A stretch of 64,000 nt of DNA from a virus, in IMG/VR virus record IMGVR_UViG_3300044731_000789, positions 12,203 through 76,202 of that record. One strand, 5' to 3'. Of this stretch, positions 9,962-19,535 are shown piece by piece (positions within the stretch are counted from its first letter, which is position 1; each line of letters opens with the position of its first letter). The position numbers were made by a program, and so were the translations under genes. The notes beneath the pieces are model-generated. The model was not told the origin of the DNA and searched no databases. It saw only the letters and a list, made by a program, of their open reading frames with translations.

Positions 9962-10399
9962 ATGAAAACATTAAAATTTGATAGAAATTCTTGGCATTAC
10001 CATATGGTAACTACATACCATCAAGATATACCAAGCAGAAATTTATGTGAATATTTGCAGCAATTGGGTGTATCAATTATAGTATGTATGCTTATTTGGA
10101 TATTACTTATATCCACTACATTCTTTTTGATTATCAACCCAATAGTATTTACAATTATTGCATATACATTTCATTATTTTGATCCAAGTGGTAATTCATT
10201 ATGGATTGAAGATGTAGCAATATTGGGATTTTTATTAATTTAGTTGGCATACTTGGATATTGTTTATCCAAATTGGTTAACTTGCTTATACTAGCAAAAA
10301 ATAACATTGAGATAGATAAATTTGCACCAAATGCATATAAAACGTTGAAAGAAAAATATTGTGCTAAAATTGAATTTGTAAGTGGAGAAAATAAATGAG
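9962..10399 (+). pseudogene. Phage membrane protein apparently split by a -1 frameshift near 10235
   Basis: Frame stops at 10243; the -1 frame continues LVGILGYC...AYKTLKEKYCAKIEFVSGENK to TGA at about 10399. Confidence 0.45.
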
Positions 10400-10661
10400 T
10401 AATGTAATTGTGCCAACTGTTGAAAAAGATCGGGCGGAAATCCGCCAATATTTGCAAACTGCATCAGATTCTTTGACCAGGATTGCTGGTGAAAGGGATG
10501 CAATTAAAGAAATTGTGGAAGAAGTTTCAGAAAAATTTGAAATCCCAAAGAAGTATATTAAAAAGATGATTAATATTCATCATCAAATGAATTTGGATAC
10601 ATTGCGCCAAGAATACCAAGATGTAGAAGATTTGTATACAAGTATTGTGGGGATTGAATAA
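10395..10661 (+). CDS. dsbA: DsbA-like dsDNA-binding protein
   Basis: SDSLTRI..ER..IKEI......KFEIPKK...KM...HH pattern; 88 aa. Confidence 0.75.
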   Translation: MSNVIVPTVEKDRAEIRQYLQTASDSLTRIAGERDAIKEIVEEVSEKFEIPKKYIKKMINIHHQMNLDTLRQEYQDVEDLYTSIVGIE

Positions 10662-10904
10662 TATGTCGTATATCGAACAGATGGTAGCAAATAAAATTAT
10701 TGATAGGGCGAATTTTGGGCTATCAAAATATGGGGTTGGAATGGACAGGACAGATATGTCTGTGTTACAATTCTTAAAAATGGCACAGGAAGAAAGTATG
10801 GATTTTTGTGTATATTTGGAAAGATTAATTGTAGAAGAAGAATTGAGGGCACAAGACCAAAAGCAACAATCAAATATTGAACAAGATGATGGAGAAACAA
10901 CTGA

Positions 10905-11576
10905 ATGAAATTGTCAAAAGAAACTTTAGAAATATTGAAAAACTTTTCAACTATTAATGAAAACATCTGTATCAAGCCTGGAAACATTTTGACAACAATT
11001 TCTGTTGGAAACAATATTATTGCAGAAGCGGTGATTGATGAATCATTTGACAAAGAATTTTGCATCTACAATTTAATTGAATGGTTAAATGTATATAATG
11101 TTACAGATAATGGTGACATTTATATTATGGACAAATTCATGGACATTTCTTGGGGAAATAGTAAAATTAAGTATGGATTTGCAGACAAAGATTCAATTTA
11201 TTATACCGAGAAGGTTCCAAAATTTCATCATAATGGTGGAAGTTTACCAGACCAAGTTATCGAAGTAGAAGTTGCATCCAGTACTATTAAAACTGCATCT
11301 GTTTTAAAATCCCCCCATATGGGAATTGTATCCAATGGATCAAATGTAAAATTGAAAACATTTGATTATAATACACCATCATCAAATTCATATGAACTAG
11401 ATTTGGATGTAAACCATGACAAGAAATTTGCAGCAATTTTGGACATCAATAGTTTGAAAATTCTCCCTGGAACATATAAGGTGAAAATTTCATCTGCTGG
11501 AATTACATGTTGGACAAATTTGGATAGACCTGTTACATATTATATCACATTGGATACAGTATCCAAATTTGAGTAA
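10905..11576 (+). CDS. gp45: Sliding clamp
   Basis: MKLSKETL.ILKNFS.IN...F.IY.L...LK.LPG.Y.V. Confidence 0.95.
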   Translation: MKLSKETLEILKNFSTINENICIKPGNILTTISVGNNIIAEAVIDESFDKEFCIYNLIEWLNVYNVTDNGDIYIMDKFMDISWGNSKIKYGFADKDSIYYTEKVPKFHHNGGSLPDQVIEVEVASSTIKTASVLKSPHMGIVSNGSNVKLKTFDYNTPSSNSYELDLDVNHDKKFAAILDINSLKILPGTYKVKISSAGITCWTNLDRPVTYYITLDTVSKFE

Positions 11577-11584
11577 ACCGTTTT

Positions 11585-11672
11585 GGGGTCGATAGTGTTT
11601 ATCGGAAGCACGTTAGCTGCATGAGTTGATCGCCACAGTTAAAAGTTTTGGTTCGATTCCAAATTTGCCCCA
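11585..11672 (+). tRNA. tRNA-like element with an aberrant anticodon arm
   Basis: GGGG/CCCC acceptor ends, D stem GTGT/GCAC, canonical T arm TTTGG-TTCGATT-CCAAA; anticodon arm enlarged; no encoded CCA. Confidence 0.6.
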
Positions 11673-11697
11673 ACTTATTAAATATTATGGGAATATT

Positions 11698-12645
11698 ATG
11701 AAGAATATTAATAATGATGAATTTTTATGGTTTAACAAGTATAGACCAACTACTGTACAAGAATGTATTCTACCAGCAGATATCAAACAAACCTTTCAGG
11801 ATTTTGTTGACAAAAAAGAAATTCCTCATTTGATGTTGTTTGGAAAAGCTGGTATTGGTAAAACAACTATTGCACAATGTCTATGCAACGAAATTGGTGC
11901 TGATATGTTATACATTAATGCATCAAATGAATCAGGCATCGATACAATACGCACAAAAGTTGTTCAATATTGCTCTACAGTATCGTTCGAAGGAAACCTA
12001 AAGGTAATCCTATTGGATGAAGCTGACCGCTTATCACAAGCTGCTATGGAGGTTTTAAGACCAATAATGGAGCAATTCTCCAAAGGGTCAAGATTTATTT
12101 TAACCGGAAATAACAAATCTGGTGTAAGCGAAGCACTTGAATCAAGATGTGCAACAATCGACTTCACAATTCCAAAAAAAGATACACCAAAATTGGCATC
12201 ACAATTTCTAAAGAGATTGAAATTCATTTTACAAAATGAAAATGTGTTGTATGACGACAAGGTTTTGGTAGAATTGATTATGAGATATTTTCCTAATCAT
12301 AGGAAAACAATCAATGAACTCCAAAAATTTGCCAGTTCTGGCACAATTGATATCGGGATTTTATCAAACTTTTCAAATGATTCATTTCAAAGTTTGATTG
12401 CAATGATCAAAGATAAAAGGTTTACAGATGCCAGAGCATGGGTAAATGATAATTCAGATATTGAACCAGGATTTTTCTTTAAAACATTGTATGAAAATTG
12501 TTCAAAGCAATTGGAACCAAGTAGTATTCCAGAAATGGTTCTAATTTTGGCAAAATATCAATATCAATCATCTTTCTCTATTGATCAAGAAATTAATACA
12601 ACTGCAGCAATTGTTGAACTAATGTCATCGGTACGTTTTAAATGA
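11698..12645 (+). CDS. gp44: Clamp loader large subunit
   Basis: KYRP, GKAGIGKTT, INAS, LDEAD and SRC motifs. Confidence 0.95.
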   Translation: MKNINNDEFLWFNKYRPTTVQECILPADIKQTFQDFVDKKEIPHLMLFGKAGIGKTTIAQCLCNEIGADMLYINASNESGIDTIRTKVVQYCSTVSFEGNLKVILLDEADRLSQAAMEVLRPIMEQFSKGSRFILTGNNKSGVSEALESRCATIDFTIPKKDTPKLASQFLKRLKFILQNENVLYDDKVLVELIMRYFPNHRKTINELQKFASSGTIDIGILSNFSNDSFQSLIAMIKDKRFTDARAWVNDNSDIEPGFFFKTLYENCSKQLEPSSIPEMVLILAKYQYQSSFSIDQEINTTAAIVELMSSVRFK

Positions 12646-12797
12646 TTGTTTGCGTTTGTAGAAATATTACAGAAAAGCAAATTATTGAACAAATTAAATT
12701 GGGAAAATCTTTGGCGCAAATTATTAAGTATTATGACTTAACACATTGCGCCAAATGTGTTCCATATGTGAAGGAATTGTATGACAAATGTATTTGA
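12642..12797 (+). CDS. Bfd-like [2Fe-2S] ferredoxin, 51 aa (below the ORF-track cut-off)
   Basis: MIVCVCRNIT...CAKC gives a C-x-C / C-x2-C pattern; overlaps the gp44 stop and gp62 start. Confidence 0.7.
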   Translation: MIVCVCRNITEKQIIEQIKLGKSLAQIIKYYDLTHCAKCVPYVKELYDKCI

Positions 12798-13155
12798 TTA
12801 TGTTAAAAATATTAACAAGAAAGATGACCAATTAGAGTTAACATCGGAATATGTTCCATACATTATAAACAAAGCATTTTCTACATATTATGATACAATT
12901 TTTTATAGCAATGCTATAAATATATCTGGACCAATAGATCACCAATGGCAATATGATTTTTATTACCATGGTGTTCCAAAAAATGTAAAAAGATTTGCTA
13001 AATACCCTAAAAAGGTTTCAGATAAATATTTGTTAGTTATACAAGAATATTACAATTGTTCTTTACAAAAGGCAAAAGAGATTGTTCAAATTCTTGATGA
13101 AAATACTTTACAAATAATTGAAATGAAATTGAATAAGGGTGGGAAAGATGGATGA
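12781..13155 (+). CDS. gp62: Clamp loader small subunit
   Basis: FDY...IN...YVPYIINKAFS...QYDFY...EYY..S..KA...KGG. Confidence 0.9.
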   Translation: MTNVFDYVKNINKKDDQLELTSEYVPYIINKAFSTYYDTIFYSNAINISGPIDHQWQYDFYYHGVPKNVKRFAKYPKKVSDKYLLVIQEYYNCSLQKAKEIVQILDENTLQIIEMKLNKGGKDG

Positions 13156-13564
13156 TGAGTTTTTGTGGTCAATGGATGAAATGCTGGAGGTAGAATTAAC
13201 TGAACCAGATGATTTTTTAAGAATTAAAGAGACATTGACCAGGATTGGTGTTGCTTCCAAGAAGGAAAAGACTTTGTTTCAAAGTTGTTTAATTTTGCAC
13301 AAACAAAGTAAATATTATATTATACACTTCAAAGAAATATTCAGATTGGATAAGAAATGGAGTGATATTTCTTATAATGATATGGAAAGACGTAATACAA
13401 TTGCATTGTTATTGGAACAATGGGGTTTGTGTAATATAATTTGGAAGAAAGACCAATACAAACAAAAAACACATTTATCCAATATTAAAATAATTTCTCA
13501 TGCAGAGAAAAGAGATTGGAATTTGGTTACCAAAGCAGCTTTGGGCCAAGATAAGAAATATTGA
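13148..13564 (+). CDS. regA: Translational repressor RegA
   Basis: PDDFLRIKETLTRIGVAS...L.QSC.ILHKQ..Y.I.HFKE. Confidence 0.95.
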   Translation: MDDEFLWSMDEMLEVELTEPDDFLRIKETLTRIGVASKKEKTLFQSCLILHKQSKYYIIHFKEIFRLDKKWSDISYNDMERRNTIALLLEQWGLCNIIWKKDQYKQKTHLSNIKIISHAEKRDWNLVTKAALGQDKKY

Positions 13565-13651
13565 TACAGAATTGGGAAATTTATTTCCAATCCATTTGGT
13601 GCCGAATGGGCCAAATGTGTAATTATAACTTGCCTATAAAGGGAGAAACAT

Positions 13652-14083
13652 ATGTATTACGATTCAAGTAAAGTTGCACCAAAAAACTATACACCATATT
13701 GGACAAATCTTGTTGGATTTGAAGAAATCTTATCCATTTTGGATGCAAATTCTCATACAAAAAAACAATCATATCCTCCACATAATATTGTAAAAATTGA
13801 TGAAGAAAATTACAATATTGAACTGGCTGTTGCAGGATTTTCAAAAAAAGATATCAAGGTAACAGTTGAAGATAAGGAATTGATGATTGTTGGGGAACAA
13901 CTGGATAAGAAAAAAACAGAATATGTTCACCAAGGTATTTCCGAGAAAAAATTTACCAGCAAATTCAAATTGGCAGCAGATGTAAAAGTGGTTGGTGCCA
14001 CATGTGTTGATGGTATTTTGATTGTGGAATTGAAACGTATTGTTCCAGAAGAATTGAAACCAAGAAACATTCCAATTTGGTAA
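13652..14083 (+). CDS. hsp20: Small heat-shock protein (Hsp20)
   Basis: YPP.NI...IELAVAGF...HQGIS...DGIL...P. Confidence 0.93.
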   Translation: MYYDSSKVAPKNYTPYWTNLVGFEEILSILDANSHTKKQSYPPHNIVKIDEENYNIELAVAGFSKKDIKVTVEDKELMIVGEQLDKKKTEYVHQGISEKKFTSKFKLAADVKVVGATCVDGILIVELKRIVPEELKPRNIPIW

Positions 14084-14103
14084 ACTAGTATCTAAGTAAC
14101 TTA

Positions 14104-14139
14104 AAAAGGCTGGTTCCAGAAATGGTTCCAGCCTTTTTT
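14104..14139 (+). terminator. Intrinsic terminator, probably bidirectional
   Basis: AAAAAGGCTGG...CCAGCCTTTTTT. Confidence 0.8.
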
Positions 14140-14884
14140 GTTGACAAACATTTATATCTATGATATCATACTTTCAACAAATTATGGAGATTCATATGAA
14201 TTCGGTGCCAATGATGTTAGATCGGATAAATTCCTCACTATTAAATACAAGCAACTTGATAAAAAATATTGGCTATTGTTTTGCCAGAACAGAAAAACAT
14301 TTATTAGACAGAATTAATGATAGATCAATAGATAAAGTTGATGTGATTACAACTATTTCGTATTTAACTAATAAAAAATTGTGTGAATTTATATATAACC
14401 TAGAACATAACGAATCTGAATTTGTTAGTTTTGGTATTCAATATGATCAAGATTTTGTTATAGTTGGAACATGTAGAAAAAATAATAATATTGGATATAA
14501 TATTATCAAATTTAATACGGTGGTCAAATATCCATGCAAAAGCGTATTACATCAAGGTGGGTTTATATTAAAAATTAATAAATTGATTAGAAAGGTGAAT
14601 ATATGAAAGACTTGGTTCTATTAGCTCTGTATCTGAGCACATTTTTAACCCTATACACATATTTGAGTATGGATAAAGTGTTGCGAATATATGGTATGAT
14701 TATTTTGATTACATTGGTACAAGCATATGGTTGAATTTTTATTTGCTCTATTGGCAATCACTTTTCCAGTTGCACTGGACAAATTTGGTAGACTAGATAG
14801 GTTGACATATGGTATACTGTCAACAATATTTGGTTGGCTATCTGCAATATTTTTTATGATGTATATGTTAGGAGTTTATACAAA

Positions 14885-15868
14885 ATGACTGCACAATTCA
14901 AAAAATTTCCACACATCGAACAATTCAAATCATGTATCAAACAGGTACGAGATTATTCAAAATGGAACAATGTTCCTTTACCAAAACTAACCTTTACAGG
15001 AACTGTAAAACTCCATGGTACAAATTCTGCCATTGGATTACATGTCCCAAGTGGTGAACAATTTTACCAAAGTAGAGAAAGATTGATTGATATTCAATCA
15101 GACAATTATGGGTTTGCAATGTGGGCCAGTGGTTCGGCAGATGTATCAAATCTTTTGAAAATGATTGCCGCCATGTATGGGGCCAAAGAATATGTCCATG
15201 TGTTCGGTGAAAACGCGGGGAAAGGTGTTCAGAAGAATGTTGGTATTTCCGAATTTGAAAAATCTTTTTACATTTTTGCAATCTCCGTTGATGATGAATG
15301 GGTAGAATTGGACACTATTTCTAAAACATTTCTGGGCGAAAGAATTTTTTTCATCAATCAATTCCCAACATTTGAAATTGAAATTGACTTCAATGCACCA
15401 GAATTGTCTCAAAATCAATTAGTAGAGTTAACCATTGCAGTAGAAAATGAGTGTCCAGTTTCAAAACAATTGGGTAAAGATGGCACGACTGGAGAAGGGA
15501 TTGTGTTTTCCACCACATGGAATAACAAATATTTATTGTTTAAATGTAAAGGCCAAAAACACAGTTCAAGTCGTGTAAACTCTGTAAAACAAATTGCGCC
15601 AATTGATGTAGAAAAGATTGCCACGATTCGTGAATTTGTGTCTACATGTTTGGGCGAAAATAGATTGGAACAAGGAATTTTCAAGTTAGGTGAAATGGGG
15701 TTGGATGCAACAGATAATAAAAACACTGGTGCATATATCAAATGGTGTGTAGATGATGTATTTCGCGAAGAGCGTGATACAATTGTTGAGTCGCAATTGG
15801 ATGTAAAAATATTGGGTAAAGAGTTATCAACTGTTGCCAGGAATTATTTCCTTAATAGACCAATTTAG
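14885..15868 (+). CDS. RNA ligase, Rnl2-like
   Basis: KLHGTN motif I, FGE, GEGIV, FKCK. Confidence 0.85.
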   Translation: MTAQFKKFPHIEQFKSCIKQVRDYSKWNNVPLPKLTFTGTVKLHGTNSAIGLHVPSGEQFYQSRERLIDIQSDNYGFAMWASGSADVSNLLKMIAAMYGAKEYVHVFGENAGKGVQKNVGISEFEKSFYIFAISVDDEWVELDTISKTFLGERIFFINQFPTFEIEIDFNAPELSQNQLVELTIAVENECPVSKQLGKDGTTGEGIVFSTTWNNKYLLFKCKGQKHSSSRVNSVKQIAPIDVEKIATIREFVSTCLGENRLEQGIFKLGEMGLDATDNKNTGAYIKWCVDDVFREERDTIVESQLDVKILGKELSTVARNYFLNRPI

Positions 15869-15876
15869 GGGGAGTA

Positions 15877-18363
15877 TTGGAGTTCTATACAAGTGTCAGA
15901 AAACTTGGTAAAAATATTCTATACAGGGGAATAGATGAATATGGTAATCGTGTATGTGAAAAAGTTGAATATTCCCCAACATTATATGTGGAAGATAATG
16001 TTGGGGAATGTATTCATAAATCAATGCATAAACTCCCACTTAAACCCATTAAATTTTTGAACATACCAGATGCAAATGAATTTATATCATCATATGATTC
16101 AATTGAAAATTTCTCAATATATGGGGAAAAACGGTATGAATATTCTTTTATTAGTGAATTATTTAAGGGAAACATCCACCCAGATTATTCAAAAGTTTTA
16201 ATATACAAACTGGACATTGAAACCAAATTAGATTTGAATGAAGGATTCCCATATCCTGCACAGTGTAGAGAAGAAATTTCATTAATCACTATAACAAATT
16301 CTATTACAAAAAGGGTTACAACATTTGGTACGTTTGTTTATGATAATAGGGATAATGTTAATTTCATATATTGCATCAATGAAACACAACTACTAAAACA
16401 CTTTTTACAATTTTGGGTAAGTTCTTACCCAGATATTATTACAGGATGGTTTTCAAAAGGATTTGATATACCGTATCTATACAGAAGAATGGTAAAAGTT
16501 CTGGGGGAAAAACATGCAAAGAGATTGTCACCATTTAATTGGGTCAATGAAAGTGTGTCAGTAACCGACAAAGGAATGGAAGAATTTGAATATGACATAT
16601 ATGGAATCGATCATATCGATTACAGGGATTTGTACAAAAAATCTATTCAAGACCCAAGAGAATCATACAAACTAGATGAAATCGCCTTTATTGAATTGGG
16701 CGAACGAAAAGTTGAAAATCCATATGATACATTCAAAGAATTTTATGTAAACGATCCCAGTTTGTTTGTGTCATATAACATTCAAGATACAGTATTATTA
16801 GATAGATTAGAAGACAAACTTAGATTACTTGGTAACATAATGTTTGTTGCATATAAGTGTAAAATAAATTTTTCAGATGCAATGTCTCCGGTTAGAACCT
16901 GGGAAATTCTTATATACAACCATTTGTTGTCAAAGAATATCATAACACCCTTGGGTAAGTCTGGAGCACCAGTGCTAGATTTTGCTGGGGGATATGTTAA
17001 ACATCCTGTTATTGGTAAACATAATTGGGTGGTGACATGGGATGTCAATTCTATGCATCCTCATATTATTATGAATTATAATATATCGCCAGAAACAATG
17101 TTGAATACACCAGTTAAAAAGTTTTCTATCGATGATTTATTATACAAGACAGTAAATTTGGACAATATTGATGGAATAATGTCAGCTAATGGTGTGCAAT
17201 ATTCAAAAGAGTTTGAAGGTATTTTACCAGAACTAATGTCAACATTTTATGCAGAAAGGCAATCAATTCAAGCAGAATTGAAACCCATGAAGAAAATTGA
17301 TAACCCATCATCTGACATATTGGATAAAATCCGTATGATGGATGTGGCCCAAAATGGTATAAAGATTGGTATTCTTAATTCTGGGTATGGTGCATTAGGC
17401 AATAAACATTTTAAATATTTTGACACCAGATTGGCGGAAGCTGTTACACTAGGTAGCCAAATTGCTATCCGTTGGGTTGGCACTGCCATCAATGAATATT
17501 TGAATAAGGTTTGTAAAACTGTTGATGAAGAATATTTCATATATGCTGACACGGATAGCAATTTTTTGAAATTTGAAAAATTTGTTGAATTGTACTGCCA
17601 AGGAATGACTGATAGAGAAATATCTGACACATTGAGTAAGGTATCGGAAGACAAAATTATTCCATTGATTGAGAAAAAATTTAATGAATTGGCTCAATAC
17701 ATGAAATGTAATGAAAACAGATTAAAAATGTCAAGAGAAAATATTGCAAAATCTGTTTTTTTCAGGGGGGCAAGAAATTATGCAATGGCTGTTGTTGACC
17801 AAGAAGGTAAAAAGTATGATCCCCCAAAAATGAAAATAGCTGGGTTAGAATGTGTTAAAAGTTCTACTCCAAAAATTGCAAGAGAATACCTTAAAAAATG
17901 TGTTGAATTGATATTATTGGACTCAATTGAATCTGTAAGAGAATATGAACAATCTGCAAAACAAGATTTTTATTCAAAATCTGTTCAAGAAATTGCTTTA
18001 CCTAGAAGTGTAAATGGTGTGGAAAAATATTCTGATCCAACAACTTTGTATAAATCACGATGCCCTATTGCCGTTAGGGGGGCAATATTGCATAATTATT
18101 ATGTTACAAAACATAATTTACAAAATAAATATCAAATGATAAATGATGGAGACAAAATAAAATTTGCCTATCTAAAGTTACCAAACCCAATTAGGGAAAA
18201 TGTTATTTCATGGAATGGAAAAATTCCCCATGAAATAATTCTTGACAATATGTTTGATTATGATATAATGTATTCCAAAGCATTTATTGGACCGCTTGAA
18301 TCAATGCTTGATTGTGTCGGATGGGATTTGAAACACAAATTTAATATTTTAGACTTTTTTTGA
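15877..18363 (+). CDS. gp43: Family B DNA polymerase
   Basis: DIET exonuclease motif, FDIPY, DVNSMHP, NSGYG and YADTDS motifs. Confidence 0.97.
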   Translation: MEFYTSVRKLGKNILYRGIDEYGNRVCEKVEYSPTLYVEDNVGECIHKSMHKLPLKPIKFLNIPDANEFISSYDSIENFSIYGEKRYEYSFISELFKGNIHPDYSKVLIYKLDIETKLDLNEGFPYPAQCREEISLITITNSITKRVTTFGTFVYDNRDNVNFIYCINETQLLKHFLQFWVSSYPDIITGWFSKGFDIPYLYRRMVKVLGEKHAKRLSPFNWVNESVSVTDKGMEEFEYDIYGIDHIDYRDLYKKSIQDPRESYKLDEIAFIELGERKVENPYDTFKEFYVNDPSLFVSYNIQDTVLLDRLEDKLRLLGNIMFVAYKCKINFSDAMSPVRTWEILIYNHLLSKNIITPLGKSGAPVLDFAGGYVKHPVIGKHNWVVTWDVNSMHPHIIMNYNISPETMLNTPVKKFSIDDLLYKTVNLDNIDGIMSANGVQYSKEFEGILPELMSTFYAERQSIQAELKPMKKIDNPSSDILDKIRMMDVAQNGIKIGILNSGYGALGNKHFKYFDTRLAEAVTLGSQIAIRWVGTAINEYLNKVCKTVDEEYFIYADTDSNFLKFEKFVELYCQGMTDREISDTLSKVSEDKIIPLIEKKFNELAQYMKCNENRLKMSRENIAKSVFFRGARNYAMAVVDQEGKKYDPPKMKIAGLECVKSSTPKIAREYLKKCVELILLDSIESVREYEQSAKQDFYSKSVQEIALPRSVNGVEKYSDPTTLYKSRCPIAVRGAILHNYYVTKHNLQNKYQMINDGDKIKFAYLKLPNPIRENVISWNGKIPHEIILDNMFDYDIMYSKAFIGPLESMLDCVGWDLKHKFNILDFF

Positions 18364-18370
18364 GGTTGGT

Positions 18371-18754
18371 ATGAGTGTAAAAATTTTCGATAACATGATT
18401 GGTAAAATCGTAACGACCATTCATGGTAATATTGGCGATGAGGTTATAGAATTTGTTACAACAGATGGGTCAAAATTTATTTTTTCACATGAACCAGATT
18501 GTTGTGAATCTGTTTACATTGAGGATATATGCGGCGATCTAATAGATTTAATTGGTTCGCCAATTACCATGGCGGAAGAGGTATCTAATATTGACGAACC
18601 AAAATTACCATCGGACAATTATGCACAAGAATCATACACATGGACATTTTACAAATTTGGCACCAATCGTGGGACAGTAACTGTCCGATGGTTTGGGGAA
18701 AGCAATGGGTGCTATTGTGAAGAACCGCAATATAGAGAATTTTTAACACAGTGA
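18371..18754 (+). CDS. Conserved phage protein
   Basis: H.PDCCESV.IEDI.GD...TWTFYK..T..G.VT.RW.G.SNG pattern. Confidence 0.6.
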   Translation: MSVKIFDNMIGKIVTTIHGNIGDEVIEFVTTDGSKFIFSHEPDCCESVYIEDICGDLIDLIGSPITMAEEVSNIDEPKLPSDNYAQESYTWTFYKFGTNRGTVTVRWFGESNGCYCEEPQYREFLTQ

Positions 18755-19212
18755 GAAAAATGATGGAATTTATTGAGAAAGTAAAGTTATTTAATGCAAT
18801 TGCCGGTCAACCGGAAGAATTTAACCCAAGAAAAATTGCATTATATGTTGGATTAATTTGTGAAGAATTTGCTGAAATTATTGATTCATTTGATTCTGGA
18901 GAATTGGCAGAATTAGCAGATACATTAGACGACTTTTCATTGCGGTTTAAGTCAGGTGCTTATGATAATTTGGCAGCAAAAGTGGATTGCGTAGAATTTT
19001 TGGATGGGTGTATAGATGTTGCCGTAGTAGCAACTGGTGCTGCAATCTGTGTTGGCGCAGATATTGTGCCAGCTTTTCATCATATTGCTGACAATAATTT
19101 GTCAAAATATAATTTAGTCGATGGTGAATATGTAGTGCTTCGTGACGAAAACGGCAAAATTATGAAACCAAGTAATTACCAAAAACCAAACCTTGCGCCA
19201 TTCTTTAAATAA
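18751..19212 (+). CDS. MazG/PRA-PH-like nucleotide pyrophosphohydrolase
   Basis: LI.EEF.E, D...D, N.SK, R.ENGKIMKP..Y..P.L. Confidence 0.75.
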   Translation: MRKMMEFIEKVKLFNAIAGQPEEFNPRKIALYVGLICEEFAEIIDSFDSGELAELADTLDDFSLRFKSGAYDNLAAKVDCVEFLDGCIDVAVVATGAAICVGADIVPAFHHIADNNLSKYNLVDGEYVVLRDENGKIMKPSNYQKPNLAPFFK

Positions 19213-19213
19213 T

Positions 19214-19369
19214 ATGTCAAATAAATTCACCTGTGCAGATTTGCATCTTGGGCACAAAAATATTATTGATTTTACTTATCCAAATTCGGATCAAAGATTT
19301 CGCCCATTTGAATCTGTTCAAGAACATGATCAGATTCTGATAGATAATTGGAACAAGGTAGTTGGCCCA
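19214..19369 (+). pseudogene. 5' fragment of a calcineurin-like metallophosphoesterase truncated by the TnpB element
   Basis: ADLHLGH.NII...RPF..V.EHD..LI.NWN.VVGP, then similarity stops before the expected D.VY.LGD motif. Confidence 0.8.
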
Positions 19370-19535
19370 TTGGAATTTCGCAGGGATTCTGAGTTAACTC
19401 AACATCGTGATTGAGCTAACATGAACCATTGCAAATTGACATGTCATCCATACTGGTTTCACCAAGCAACGAAGTTGCGAAGCCAGAGCCAATTATGTCT
19501 ATGTCCGTTAATTTCCCAGTTCCCCTGGGTATTTG
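19370..19535 (-). ncRNA. Putative TnpB omega (re)RNA scaffold / right end
   Basis: Structured region after and overlapping the tnpB stop: CCCAG..CTGGG, GCAAC-TTC-GTTGC, GTTAGCTCAA..TTGAGTTAAC hairpins, then GAATCCC. Confidence 0.6.

Noticed and set aside
11626-11697. N-terminal extension of gp44
   Set aside because: It runs through the tRNA-like element; similarity to gp44 begins near the ATG at 11698
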